The notes: a model not told the origin generated them from the sequence alone. A stretch of DNA of 64,000 nucleotides from Cyanobacteria bacterium P01_A01_bin.123 (GCA_039815185.1 JBCBZT010000034.1:1-64000); one strand, 5' to 3'. Positions 50,673 to 61,325 are shown, numbered from the stretch's first letter. Translations and numbers: made by a program.

Positions 50673-51356
50673 ATGATTATCCTGCTGGTTGAAGATGATC
50701 CTGCACAGCTAAAGCCCCTGTGCATTGCCCTTTCGGAATCGGGTCATTTGGTCGATGGCATAGAAGACGCTGAAGAAGCCCAATGGTTGATGGGTAGTAA
50801 GGAGTATGATTTGTTAATTCTGGATTGGATGCTGCCCAAGACGAGCGGCATATCCTTGTGCCAGCAATACCGCACACTGGGGAAAGGAGCACCCATACTC
50901 ATGTTGACGGCCAAAGATACCACGGTCGATAAAGTGTTGGGCTTAGATTCTGGGGCAGATGACTATCTGGTCAAGCCGGTTGATCTTCCAGAACTGCTGG
51001 CCCGGATTCGGGCTTTGGGCAGGCGAACGCCTCAGTGGAGTAGCGATCGCCTCAGCCTGGGAGACCTACATCTCTATGTTTCAACCCTCATCCTGGAGCG
51101 GCAACAAGTGCAAGTTCGCCTGTCTAGCCGCGAATTCCATCTGATGGAATATTTTATTCGGCGCTCAGGACAGGTGATTCGGCGCGATCGCATTGAGCAA
51201 ACCCTTTGGGAGTGGGGCACCGAACCCGAAAGTAACGCCGTCACCACGCTCATTTGGCGACTACGACAACGATTAGACGAACTTGGCGCAAAGAGCTGGT
51301 TAGAAACAGTTTATGGGATGGGATATCGTCTCAAAATTCCTGAAAGAATATCATAG
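50673..51356 (+). CDS. rppA: RppA/NrsR-like response regulator
   Basis: LVEDD, ILDWMLP, LTAKD, VKP, EPESNAV, ETVYGMGY. Confidence 0.8.
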   Translation: MIILLVEDDPAQLKPLCIALSESGHLVDGIEDAEEAQWLMGSKEYDLLILDWMLPKTSGISLCQQYRTLGKGAPILMLTAKDTTVDKVLGLDSGADDYLVKPVDLPELLARIRALGRRTPQWSSDRLSLGDLHLYVSTLILERQQVQVRLSSREFHLMEYFIRRSGQVIRRDRIEQTLWEWGTEPESNAVTTLIWRLRQRLDELGAKSWLETVYGMGYRLKIPERIS

Positions 51357-51364
51357 CTGCCGAT

Positions 51365-52687
51365 ATGTTTAGCCGCAGTCGTCTCAATTTAGCCTACTGG
51401 TTTGCACTGTCAATGGGCAGCATTTTGATTGCGTTTACCGGGGCAGTTTATTACCTTGAAGCAGAAGATCAGCTCCGAGCATTCGACGATAGCCTATATT
51501 TGAAAACTAAGAACATCGACAATCAAGTTTATTATCGGCTGGAGCAAGGACGCTGGCAGTTAAACTTTGAAAATGTCAGTTTACTAGCCGGGGAAAATAC
51601 ACCCACGCTACAGAATGAATTAGTTTATATCCGTTGGTATGACGTTGATGGGGAGTTGATTCAGTTTGCTGGGTTGACGCCTACCCTGCAAAAAATGTCA
51701 ACCCAAAAGAGGGGATTTAAAACCGTTCATATCGCCGATGTTGCTGAGTCTGAAAATTCAGTCAACCGCCCACTTCGTGAGTTAACCATTCCGGTTAAAT
51801 ATAATGAGCAGTTAGTTGGGTATATCCAGTCTGCGACGCTTCTAGAGCCATTACAAGCTGATTTGGCTCAGGCACTGGTAGTGTTGACGCTGAGTGTCCC
51901 TGTAACGCTGGGCGTCATTGGACTGACCGGATGGGTTTTAGGGGGCATGGCGATGCAGCCGATCCGTCAGTCTTATAATCGATTACAACGCTTTACGGCA
52001 GACGCTTCTCACGAATTGAGAACGCCCCTAGCCGTGATTTTAAGCAACGCTCAGGTTGCCTTGATTCCAAGCATTCGAGAGAGCGCACAACAGCAAGACT
52101 GTGTAGAAGAGATTGAGAAAGCTGCCAAGGCCATGACTGGCCTCATAGACGATCTCCTATTTCTAGCCCGACATGAGGGGCCACTGACCGGAGCAGCTCT
52201 GAATAAACAGGTTGATATGCAGACTCTTTTGAAACCTTTAGTTGAACACTACACAACTCAGGCAGCCCTACGAAATCGCAAATTTATCAGTGATGTGCCC
52301 CTACAACCCGTCATGCTCAAAGCTGACCCCCAGCTTTTGCGACGAGCCATTACCAACCTCTTGGAAAATGCCTTCAAATACACCCCGCCTGGTGGCACGG
52401 TTTGTCTGCGTTTTTTGACTCAGGCCCACTGTGCCATGATTCAAGTTGAAGACAACGGTATTGGCATCCCAGAGACTGACTTACCCCATATTTTTGAGCG
52501 CTTTTATCGGGTGGATTTGGCGCGATCGCGTCGTAAAGGTGGGTTTGGGTTGGGTCTATCGATTGCCCAGCAAATTGTCCAAGCCCACGATGGTCAGATT
52601 ACCGCCAAGAGCACAATCGGAGAAGGCACGACGTTTCAAATTCAACTGCCGTTGCGTAAATCGATTAAGCCAAGGAAAACGACTTGA
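51365..52687 (+). CDS. rppB: RppB/NrsS-like sensor histidine kinase
   Basis: MFSRSRLNLAYWF start, AMQPI...FTADASHELRTP, FYRVD, GFGLGL. Confidence 0.8.
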   Translation: MFSRSRLNLAYWFALSMGSILIAFTGAVYYLEAEDQLRAFDDSLYLKTKNIDNQVYYRLEQGRWQLNFENVSLLAGENTPTLQNELVYIRWYDVDGELIQFAGLTPTLQKMSTQKRGFKTVHIADVAESENSVNRPLRELTIPVKYNEQLVGYIQSATLLEPLQADLAQALVVLTLSVPVTLGVIGLTGWVLGGMAMQPIRQSYNRLQRFTADASHELRTPLAVILSNAQVALIPSIRESAQQQDCVEEIEKAAKAMTGLIDDLLFLARHEGPLTGAALNKQVDMQTLLKPLVEHYTTQAALRNRKFISDVPLQPVMLKADPQLLRRAITNLLENAFKYTPPGGTVCLRFLTQAHCAMIQVEDNGIGIPETDLPHIFERFYRVDLARSRRKGGFGLGLSIAQQIVQAHDGQITAKSTIGEGTTFQIQLPLRKSIKPRKTT

Positions 52688-53023
52688 AGTAGGCGTGCAG
52701 ATGACACCACCAACTTACAGATCTTTTACCGAGTTTTACGAGAAATCAGACGACACAAACTTCCCCTATGAACATCGCTTAGTTAGCTGAGAGCTTATCC
52801 CACTGCTAAAAAACTCAGACAGTGGTCGGATTGTGAAAACCTCATCGACAATAGGATCCCTCACCGACCAACTGAATCTGGAGTCAGTATATGAAGTCTT
52901 GATGAAGGTGTCATATGGAACACATCGGAGCTTTATGGCTTTGCCGCATTTTATTAGGGGAAATTGCGCAGACACAACCTGACCCAAGTAGCGCAGTGCC
53001 GTGCGTCAACTCAAGGGAATTCC

Positions 53024-54766
53024 ATGCCAAATCATGTTTTCAACGCCTGGGGCTTAAAACTAATGGGGGGCTTGATGCCGTTAGCTGCGATCGCGATCGC
53101 AGAACCCCCTACCGCCAGCGCCGCCAGCTTCAACCCAATTGACCTGGATGAAAGTTGGTCATTTGCTTTCGAAGACTACGCCATTGAACACCAGGGCCAG
53201 AGCCTAGTCGACATCACCGTCAGCTATGACTATGTAGACGGTATCGGCCTTGATGATCCGTTTGAATATCCCGAATTTCTGCAAATCTTCAACTACATCG
53301 ACAATTTTCTGGTCACTTATCCCAACGAAACTGACTTTTGGGAAATTCTGAATAAAAACCTAGTGACCGATCTGCTGACTGAACCCATTCCCACCGTATT
53401 TGGGTTTGACTATCAACTGAGCGATGTGCTGGATTCTCTCACGGTCGATATTGCCGTCGCTTCCGGGTCTTCAGATATTGTTGTGCCTCGGACGAGCACA
53501 GTCACGGGTATTCCGGGCGCAACGATTGACCTATTTGAAAGCTGGTCCTTTGCCCTCGAAGACTACGCCATTGAACACCAGGGCCAGAGCACCGTTGATT
53601 TAACCGTCAGCTATGACTACGTCAACGGCATTGGCGAAGATGATCCCTTTGAGTATCCCGAGTTTTTGCAGATTTCCAACTTCATCGAGACATTTTTAAC
53701 GGATTATCCCAATGAAACGGATTTCTGGGAGATTCTCAACAAAAATCTGGTGACTGATTTGCTGAGTGAGCCAATTCCGACGGTGTTTGGTTTTGATTAT
53801 CAGCTGGCTGAGGTGCTTGATGCGCTGACCGTCGATATTGCAGTCCAGCCCGGCTCATCTGACATTGATGTGCCCCGGACAAGCACAGTGACGGGCTTGC
53901 CTGGTGACTCGATTGACCTGGATGAAAGCTGGTCGTTTGCATTCACAGACTACGCCATTGAGCACCAGGGTCAGAGCACCCTCGATTTAACCGTCAGCTA
54001 TGACTACATCGACGGCATCGGCACCGACGATCCGTTTGAATATCCGGAATTCTTGCAGATTTTCAACTTCATTGAGGCATTTTTAACGGAATACCCCAAC
54101 GAGACTGACTTTTGGGAAATCCTCAACAAAAATCTGGTCACCGACTTACTTAGCGAACCGATTCCCACCGTGTTTGGCTTTGATTATCAGCTGGCTGAGG
54201 TGCTCGATCAGCTCACAGTGGATATTGACGTGCAAGCTGGGTCTTCTAATATCGACGTACCCCGATCAAGTACGGTGACGGGCTTCCCCGGCAACACGGT
54301 TGATCTCGATGAAAGCTGGTTCTTTGCCTTTGAAGACTACGCCATAGAACACCAGGGCCAGAGCCTGGTTGATCTATTCGTCAGCTATGACTACGTTGAT
54401 GGTATCGGTGTGGACGACCCCTTCGAGTATCCAGAATTTTTGCAGATTTTCAACTTTATTGATACGTTTTTGGTTGACTACCCCAACGAAACCGACTTTT
54501 GGGAAATTCTCAACAAAAACCTGGTGACTGATTTACTCAGCGAGCCAATTCCCACCGTGTTTGGCTTTGACTATGAACTGGCCGAGGTGCTGGACAACCT
54601 GACAGTAGATATCGATGTGCAGTCGGGGTCATCAGATATTGTTGTGCCGCGCTCTAGCATGGTAACGGGTACGGTCGTGGCTTCGGCAGATGTGCCAGAA
54701 CCAAAACTATGGCTGGGGTTAGGCATCGTCACAGTTTTAGCTGGGTGGTGCAAACACAAGCGTTAA
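53024..54766 (+). CDS. secreted acidic PEP-CTERM protein with four 129-aa tandem repeats
   Basis: signal peptide (ASAA); repeats start at 53138, 53525, 53912, 54299 (387-nt period); VPEP-TM-KHKR sorting tail. Confidence 0.88.
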   Translation: MPNHVFNAWGLKLMGGLMPLAAIAIAEPPTASAASFNPIDLDESWSFAFEDYAIEHQGQSLVDITVSYDYVDGIGLDDPFEYPEFLQIFNYIDNFLVTYPNETDFWEILNKNLVTDLLTEPIPTVFGFDYQLSDVLDSLTVDIAVASGSSDIVVPRTSTVTGIPGATIDLFESWSFALEDYAIEHQGQSTVDLTVSYDYVNGIGEDDPFEYPEFLQISNFIETFLTDYPNETDFWEILNKNLVTDLLSEPIPTVFGFDYQLAEVLDALTVDIAVQPGSSDIDVPRTSTVTGLPGDSIDLDESWSFAFTDYAIEHQGQSTLDLTVSYDYIDGIGTDDPFEYPEFLQIFNFIEAFLTEYPNETDFWEILNKNLVTDLLSEPIPTVFGFDYQLAEVLDQLTVDIDVQAGSSNIDVPRSSTVTGFPGNTVDLDESWFFAFEDYAIEHQGQSLVDLFVSYDYVDGIGVDDPFEYPEFLQIFNFIDTFLVDYPNETDFWEILNKNLVTDLLSEPIPTVFGFDYELAEVLDNLTVDIDVQSGSSDIVVPRSSMVTGTVVASADVPEPKLWLGLGIVTVLAGWCKHKR

Positions 54767-54769
54767 CAT

Positions 54770-54959
54770 CATTGAGTAAGTACACGGCGAGATGCTCCGG
54801 TAAGGTGACTCGAATATCGCCCCTTAGATGCAGATCCTGTCCTAAAATATGCCGTTCAATGCCGTTGATCTCGTCTTCAATGCGAATGACGACTTGCAGT
54901 AATTCCTCACCCGCAAGGGTCAGGGCATAACCACTGGGCAATCGATCAAATAATCCAAT
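54770..54959 (-). pseudogene. internal fragment of a LysR family regulator
   Basis: LFDRLPSGYALTLAGEELL...LRGDIRVTLP; lacks HTH start and substrate domain. Confidence 0.65.
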
Positions 54960-55122
54960 ATTATCGAATTAAGCCTCATTGAACGCTCCAATGCAAGGAA
55001 ATCCTTCCAAGGAAAACATTGAGGATGCCGTTGCCTCCAAATCCATTAACCGATTGCGTGAAACTAGTTGTAGCAGTAGCACTCCCTTCGACTCTACTGG
55101 AAGAAAGCGCCTCTTTTATAAG

Positions 55123-55671
55123 CTACAAACCAAAGCTATGCTGATAGAAGGGAACTCGCTTGAGTTGCGCATAGTTTTGTGCGACAAACTGCTCCTCATC
55201 CTTAAGCATCTGCTCTACTTGAGCTAGCAAAAAACTGCTCGTTCCAAACGGATAGATTCTCACAAATCTAGGCAGGATATGACGAAAAACTGAGTAGTAT
55301 GGAAAATCAGTCTTGGGTAATTCGCAGACAAACGCGGCCTGGGCGCAGACCTGAATCGGTAGCGGTTGAGTGCTATTGATTTCAAAGGATATAGGTATAG
55401 CTGGTGCAAGACGTTGAACTGATCTGAAGGGTGATTTTTTCGCAAAAATTGACCCTATTTTGAGTTCATCAAAGTGAGCAACTATTTGGTGGTCAAAAAC
55501 AAGCCATCCTTGGGTTTGATAAAGCCTTTTAGCTGAAAATTTTTGACTAAAAAATACACATCTTTTGACTATTACAGACGTCGTCAAAACGGCAATTTGA
55601 AAATGGCCTAGATCTGCGATCGCAACTTCGCCAAATAAGGGCTCAGGGCCCTGAGACATAAAGTTAGTCAT
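55123..55671 (-). CDS. hypothetical protein
   Basis: 182-aa ORF, ATGA overlap with upstream ORF. Confidence 0.5.
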   Translation of the reverse strand: MTNFMSQGPEPLFGEVAIADLGHFQIAVLTTSVIVKRCVFFSQKFSAKRLYQTQGWLVFDHQIVAHFDELKIGSIFAKKSPFRSVQRLAPAIPISFEINSTQPLPIQVCAQAAFVCELPKTDFPYYSVFRHILPRFVRIYPFGTSSFLLAQVEQMLKDEEQFVAQNYAQLKRVPFYQHSFGL

Positions 55672-55910
55672 AACGACACCTCACTGCACTCAAGATTCTT
55701 GAGTTGGATGTAGTCAGAATCTTGGGTAATACTCATTAATGAATGGTTATTTTGTAACTCTCGTAACTGCAACAATTCAAAGCCTGATGAGTTATGAGAT
55801 TGTAAGGTGAAACAAGGTGCAGTATGAGTACCTTCAAATGTTGAAACTGTAGGCGCACAGTCTGATATTGGAGTTATATGGGAAGAAAGTTTTTGCATAG
55901 AGAATGTCAT
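55668..55910 (-). CDS. small hypothetical protein
   Basis: about 80 aa, Ser/Thr-rich, coupled to the downstream ORF. Confidence 0.4.
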   Translation of the reverse strand: MTFSMQKLSSHITPISDCAPTVSTFEGTHTAPCFTLQSHNSSGFELLQLRELQNNHSLMSITQDSDYIQLKNLECSEVSL

Positions 55911-56500
55911 CTCATTACTTCTTTGGAAAAATGAGTCCAACTCAAAAAATGAGTTCTGCGATCGCTACTAATTTTTTATTGAGTTCCGCAAAATCAGGCA
56001 GCGAGTTTGAAAGAGAAGATTTTAACTTTCGCAGAATCCGTAGAGAATTGGTACAGGTTCATTTGACTTAGTGCTCAATCCGAAGTCAGAACTGAAATAA
56101 CGGATTGCCTATGGATAACCTCATGCGATCGCAGCAGCATTCCAGAACGTATCCTAATTCAAGTCGCAATTGAATATTTAGCAGAGTCGATTACTTGTTT
56201 CAGCTATACTGGTTCAGTTTTCACTGGTTCTTAAGCTGTTGTAATCGAAGCTCACCAGTTAAGTTCTGGTTCAAACCAATCATCTGAATTGAAATACCTC
56301 ACTGCTGCAAAAGACAAGGGCTAGTTCAGCGTGAATGGCATTTCAATATAACTTGTCAATTAGAGCTTCTTGATCTGTAGAAGAATCAACAAAAGTCTAC
56401 ACTGCTGTTCATTCAAACTTATCGGCATAAGTTTTTTCTAGCATATGAACCCTGGTTTATACGATTGTGCTGCAAAAAGGTGACGGGTTTGGGAAAAATG

Positions 56501-56533
56501 TGGATCACTTTTCGATCACATTTGGATCACAAC
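56501..56533. promoter_or_regulatory. triple 11-bp direct repeat
   Basis: tggatcacttt-tcgatcacatt-tggatcacaac. Confidence 0.55.
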
Positions 56534-57034
56534 TCAAGTTTTCGACCTGAGAAAGTGTTTGAAGAGGCATAAACCTTGGTCTAATCTAAATCTATAGGCT
56601 CGCTTAAGCTAAAACTCAAGTTTTCAACTCGGATAGGACTTCAGTCAGTAACATTAAGCACTCAGAAATTCTCGACTTTTTATAATTCCAGATAACTGCG
56701 TTTCAAGAATCAGTACTGTGTGAAATTTATCACATTGATAAAAATCTATTTGGTTTTGCTGGAAATTATAATTTGACGAACTAGAAAAGTGAATGATTTT
56801 TTCTTTGTGCATAAGCTCCTCCACACTCAGCACAAATTTCTAAACACCAGGCTTCACATTGGTCTATACGGTAAAAGCCTTTGCAAAGGCTATCACGGGG
56901 GTAGATTATCCACTGGGCTTTGGATGAGTCTGTTTAGTGATTATCAACTCCAAAACCTGAATAAGTCCATTCGGGTTAGTAATATACAGTGACAATTACC
57001 TCATCCAACATTAAACAGGAGAGCTGGAGGAAAG

Positions 57035-58141
57035 ATGACGAGTCTTAGAGCTTCTGAAAAAGGATTAGAAATAGTAAATTCAGCGAGAATAAGAAGAGGC
57101 TGGTCAAAAAGCTCAGATGCATGGGCTGATCTAGCCAAGGTCTCATCAGGTACTCTCAAGCGATTTTGGCAGGGGAAGGCTATCCGAAGCGATAGTTTTC
57201 AAGAAATATGTCATGCGATAGGTGTCTATAGCTGGATAGATATTGCAGACTTTAACTCATCTGAAAACGAATCATTTAAGTCAGATATAGCTGCTCATTT
57301 CATAACTGGAAATCCAATCTTAGATCCGAAACTTTTCTTCGGTAGGGATGCAGGTATAAGGCGCATTTTCAGTATCTTAAACAGGCACCCATTGCAAAAC
57401 ATTGCAGTCATGGGCAAGAAGCGGAGTGGCAAAACTTCCCTATTGCACTATATATCAAAGATTACGAAAATCCATCCTGAAAATCTTAGAGCCGATCAAA
57501 AAAGTCATTGGTTAAAAAATTCAGAAGCATACAACTGGATATTTATCGATTTTCAAGATAGGAGAATGATGAATCAAAATAAACTATTAGGCTATATTCT
57601 AAGTCAGATGGGATTACAAGATGAACATCAACTTGATTTAGAGCTATTCATGGAGATTTTTAGCTCAAATATCAAGAAGCCAACGGTTATTCTTTTTGAT
57701 GAAATTGATGGCGCAATACAACCTAATTCGCCTTTAGACGATCCTTTTTGGGAAAGCCTCAGGTCTCTAGGGACGAATCACTCTCAAGGAAACTTATCTT
57801 TTGTGCTGGCATCCTCTAGCTTGCCAAGTGAGCTTGCCCATAGCACAGGATATATATCACCCTTCTTTAATATTTTTGGTCACATTATCAAGCTAGGGCC
57901 ATTAACAGAGACAGAAGCTTATGAACTGATGCGGAGCTCACCGATTCCTTTCTCAAGTGAGGATGAGAAATGGATCATTAGCGAAAGCCAGTGCTGGCCT
58001 TTGCTACTACAAATTTTATGTAGCGAGCGTTTGTTTTCATTAGAAGAAAGCGAGAAAGAAGGGACTTATGAAGGCTTTGATTGGCAAGCGCAAGGTCTCA
58101 TGGAGATAGAGCGCTTTCGATATTTACTCGATTCTAACTAA
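57035..58141 (+). CDS. N-terminal HTH + STAND-like P-loop ATPase
   Basis: SLRASEKG...VSSGTLKRFW HTH; FFGR, GKKRSGKT, ILFDEID, SPFFNIF; GGAGG RBS. Confidence 0.85.
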   Translation: MTSLRASEKGLEIVNSARIRRGWSKSSDAWADLAKVSSGTLKRFWQGKAIRSDSFQEICHAIGVYSWIDIADFNSSENESFKSDIAAHFITGNPILDPKLFFGRDAGIRRIFSILNRHPLQNIAVMGKKRSGKTSLLHYISKITKIHPENLRADQKSHWLKNSEAYNWIFIDFQDRRMMNQNKLLGYILSQMGLQDEHQLDLELFMEIFSSNIKKPTVILFDEIDGAIQPNSPLDDPFWESLRSLGTNHSQGNLSFVLASSSLPSELAHSTGYISPFFNIFGHIIKLGPLTETEAYELMRSSPIPFSSEDEKWIISESQCWPLLLQILCSERLFSLEESEKEGTYEGFDWQAQGLMEIERFRYLLDSN

Positions 58142-58143
58142 CA

Positions 58144-58587
58144 ATGGCTAATGCTTCTGATTCAGAAAAAACTAAAGTTGATCGCCTAGGAGCCTTATTG
58201 CGTGAGCTAAATCGTACCCATGATCAATATGCAGTCCGCTTCATGCCGATTATCACGTTTAACGATTGGCTAGATTATCTCGAAGAGGTTCTAACAGAAA
58301 GCATCATTCTGATCGCCCTAGACGAGTTTGAGGTGCTCGAAGGATCCTTTAGCAGAGGTCAACTTTGCGAGGCAGACATTCTGGAAATGTTGAGAAACCT
58401 AATTCAACATCGTTCTCGATTCAGATTGCTGTTGTCTGGCTCAAACACATTAGATAAATTTCAAAAATGGTCTAATTATTTAATTAACACTAAGGTCTTC
58501 AAAGTTGGCTACTTAAACGATAAAGAGTCTCATCAGTTGTTTCAGGTAGAACTCATCCGTCGTTGGTTTAGTCAAAAAACAAGATGA
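58144..58587 (+). pseudogene. deleted remnant of a partner ATPase
   Basis: Walker B IALDEFE and terminal FQVELIRRWF kept; no Walker A and no GHP helical region. Confidence 0.55.
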
Positions 58588-58646
58588 CTGTTATATGATG
58601 TCCCAACGCCAGATGGTAAAGCGACGCGTGTTACCTGCATCAGTCT

Positions 58647-59489
58647 CTACACCACTTCATAGGACAGAATCACATAACGTACTATCCCCAGACGACTCAA
58701 CACAGCTAATCCTCCCGTTGCTGATTGAGACGTGGGATCCACATTCTTCATCAATTGATTGACGACGGGGTAAGTCGGTAAGGTATTACGGGTGATATCT
58801 TCAATCTGCCGTTGCCGAAATCCAGCTTTAGCGGCAAGCTGCGCATATTGGGAAAAAGTCCAAAAGTTAATGGGGGGATTGCCTTCTGCCGTAAATTGCC
58901 CATATGCCTTTGTGACTAAACGGTTGGTCACCCCTTCAAATTGCTTCCATAGGAGGCCAAACCAGTTGGGGATTAAAAAGTCACAGAGCACCAGCATCCC
59001 CCCCGGTGCAAGCACTCGTTTAACTTCTGAGAAAAATCTTGCCCGACTGGGAAAGGCAAAAATGCACTCGACTGCCAAAACGACGTCAAAGGCCCCATCG
59101 GGAAAGGGCAGTGCACAGGCATCTCCACAAATAAATTCAATTTGATTGCCCGATTGAGGCACCACTTCAACCTTGGCCCGCTCAACTTGCTCGGCATTGA
59201 TATTGATGCCTTTTAACTGCAAATTCTGATGTGAGGCATTCAACAATGCAATGGTGCCGCCAAACCCGCATCCGGCATCAAGGATGCTCAGACCATCTCG
59301 CAGCTTAGCGTGGCCAAGTAATTGGCGTGACAAGCGCTCAGCCGCTGCAGAGAAATCCTTCAGTGAACCATCAGCCAGGGCTGAATCGGGCCAAAACCCC
59401 CAGTGAATATGCTGTCCGAATGCCTCCAGGGCTTGGGTATCTTGAGTAGCAAACAGTCTGGGCAAATCGTCAAAGTAGGGGCGACTCAT
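58647..59489 (-). CDS. SAM-dependent methyltransferase (sterol/tocopherol-MT-like)
   Basis: HIHWGFW, LDAGCGFGG, GDACALPF, RVLAPGG. Confidence 0.9.
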   Translation of the reverse strand: MSRPYFDDLPRLFATQDTQALEAFGQHIHWGFWPDSALADGSLKDFSAAAERLSRQLLGHAKLRDGLSILDAGCGFGGTIALLNASHQNLQLKGININAEQVERAKVEVVPQSGNQIEFICGDACALPFPDGAFDVVLAVECIFAFPSRARFFSEVKRVLAPGGMLVLCDFLIPNWFGLLWKQFEGVTNRLVTKAYGQFTAEGNPPINFWTFSQYAQLAAKAGFRQRQIEDITRNTLPTYPVVNQLMKNVDPTSQSATGGLAVLSRLGIVRYVILSYEVV

Positions 59490-59568
59490 AGGTAATTTAG
59501 GTAATTAACGACAAACAACAAAAAACGAAAAAATTTGTGGCAAGAGAATTATTCGAGTATGCTAAACG

Positions 59569-60174
59569 ATGTCGAAAGCAATCCACGCCCGTTTCGTCGA
59601 AATTTCTAAGGATTTAAGTCCGGTCTTGGCCGAGGCGATCGCACGAACTAAGCCGATCGAACTGGTTCCAAACCAGAATGATCCCTTTTCGGAGCGATTA
59701 TGTCGCGCGATCGCAGGTCAGCAACTATCGGTCAAAGCAGCCCGTTCGATTTGGGGCCGGGTTGTTGATAGCGCAGCTGATCGGTCGCTGGTTGAATATT
59801 TTGCGGAAGTTGACCCAACTACCTTGCGCACCTGTGGTCTATCGGCTGCAAAGGCGAAATCCATGCGCGCGATCGCATTGGCAACCCGTTCAGGACAGCT
59901 TGATGCAGAAGAATTGGGTGCGCTAGATCAGAGTGATCGCAGCCAACGCTTAACGGCTATCTGGGGTGTGGGCCAATGGACCGCTGACATGATGGGCATC
60001 TTTTATTTCGGCGATCCCAATATCTGGCCCGATGGCGACACGACTGCCCGCAAAATGCTCGAACGGTTGACCAGTCCAAGGCGAAAGACCACGCGTACCG
60101 CCACTCGCTTTGCACCCCATCGCTCGTATCTGGCCCTTTACATGTGGCATCAAGCCGACGCAGCGCCGACTTGA
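59569..60174 (+). CDS. alkA: DNA-3-methyladenine glycosylase (AlkA-like, HhH-GPD)
   Basis: AIAGQQLS, GLS..K, GVGQWTADM, WP.GD, PHRS. Confidence 0.82.
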   Translation: MSKAIHARFVEISKDLSPVLAEAIARTKPIELVPNQNDPFSERLCRAIAGQQLSVKAARSIWGRVVDSAADRSLVEYFAEVDPTTLRTCGLSAAKAKSMRAIALATRSGQLDAEELGALDQSDRSQRLTAIWGVGQWTADMMGIFYFGDPNIWPDGDTTARKMLERLTSPRRKTTRTATRFAPHRSYLALYMWHQADAAPT

Positions 60175-60340
60175 TGGCATATTTTTGCACCAGTCAGGTT
60201 ATGTTTGAGCAATTTTTGGAGTTTGCGGTACCCTTCGCAACTCGTCAGCCTGAAGCAACAGCCCGCTATGACCAGGAAACCAAACGGTGGATTTATAGCC
60301 GTAGCCAGAAAGCTTTGTGCGCTATGGCGAGCGCTATAAG

Positions 60341-61162
60341 TCAGGGGGTCGAGTAGTCCCGATCAACCTGCTCGCGCGCCAGAGGCAAACTGCGTGCAGC
60401 CAAGCCGGGGTATTGATGGTGTAAGTCATGGTTCAGGGTGGCATGCACTACCGTTTTGCCAAATATCCATTCGCCAATGCGGATCGAGATAGGGGGTAAT
60501 GACAAGGCAAAGTTGCCATACTCACCCTTTTGGTGATGTACACAACGGAAAAAGATAAAGTCGGAGACCCCATAAACCAAGCGGAGCGTTAACCAAAACC
60601 ACAAAAACGTTGTGCCACCAAACCAGGCGATCGCGCCCAGGAGTAACATCTTGATCACCAGTCCAATAGTCAAAGAGAGACTGAGTCCATAGCTGGCAAT
60701 CCAGCGAATGGTATCTTGCTCGGGCGTCGTCATCGCATTCAAAAAGACCCACCCACTTGCCCCACGAATATGGTAGCCATCAGGGTCTGCGTCGGTGGCA
60801 GGAGCCCGATGATGGGCAAAGTGGATCGCGCGAATTTCGTCATAGCCGAGGCTGAGTACCGAAAGTGGAACCGGGCTTGAACCCAGCCAGCGAATCAAGC
60901 GATTAAGCTGACTAGGATCATAGATATGTACCAGTTCATGGACGCTAATGATCCAGCGGGGAAAGGTTAGGATAACCACCCCTATCAAACCAGCGATGGG
61001 CATTACGCCTTGAACAGTCCAGACGTAGCTGGCGATTAAAACGATCGAGACGAACCAACACTGCTGCACATAGCCTAAGGCATCCGACTCTGTCACCATA
61101 TATTCAGTGGGATAGTCATATTTAGAGGGATAGTCGGGCGGCGGGGACAGTAAGTGCGTCAT
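60341..61162 (-). CDS. fatty-acid-desaturase-like membrane diiron enzyme
   Basis: three His boxes HELVH, HFAHH, HDLHH with TM segments. Confidence 0.82.
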   Translation of the reverse strand: MTHLLSPPPDYPSKYDYPTEYMVTESDALGYVQQCWFVSIVLIASYVWTVQGVMPIAGLIGVVILTFPRWIISVHELVHIYDPSQLNRLIRWLGSSPVPLSVLSLGYDEIRAIHFAHHRAPATDADPDGYHIRGASGWVFLNAMTTPEQDTIRWIASYGLSLSLTIGLVIKMLLLGAIAWFGGTTFLWFWLTLRLVYGVSDFIFFRCVHHQKGEYGNFALSLPPISIRIGEWIFGKTVVHATLNHDLHHQYPGLAARSLPLAREQVDRDYSTP

Positions 61163-61325
61163 CGGAGATTGTCAGAACGGGATGGCAAATTACAGTCTAT
61201 CGCCATCAAGCCCCATCGCTGCCAAGGGAAAGAGCAGGCGGCGATCGCAATTGCCAAACCCATTCAACATAATTTTCGAGCACAGGCGATTCTCCTGCGT
61301 ATCCCAACAAGACAATACCTACGCT

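Noticed and set aside
53138..54680. Regularly spaced DNA repeats as a possible CRISPR array
   Set aside because: 387-nt in-frame coding repeats with synonymous divergence; no spacers or cas genes
60175..60340. Short ORF-like sequence after alkA
   Set aside because: Too short and unrecognisable to call
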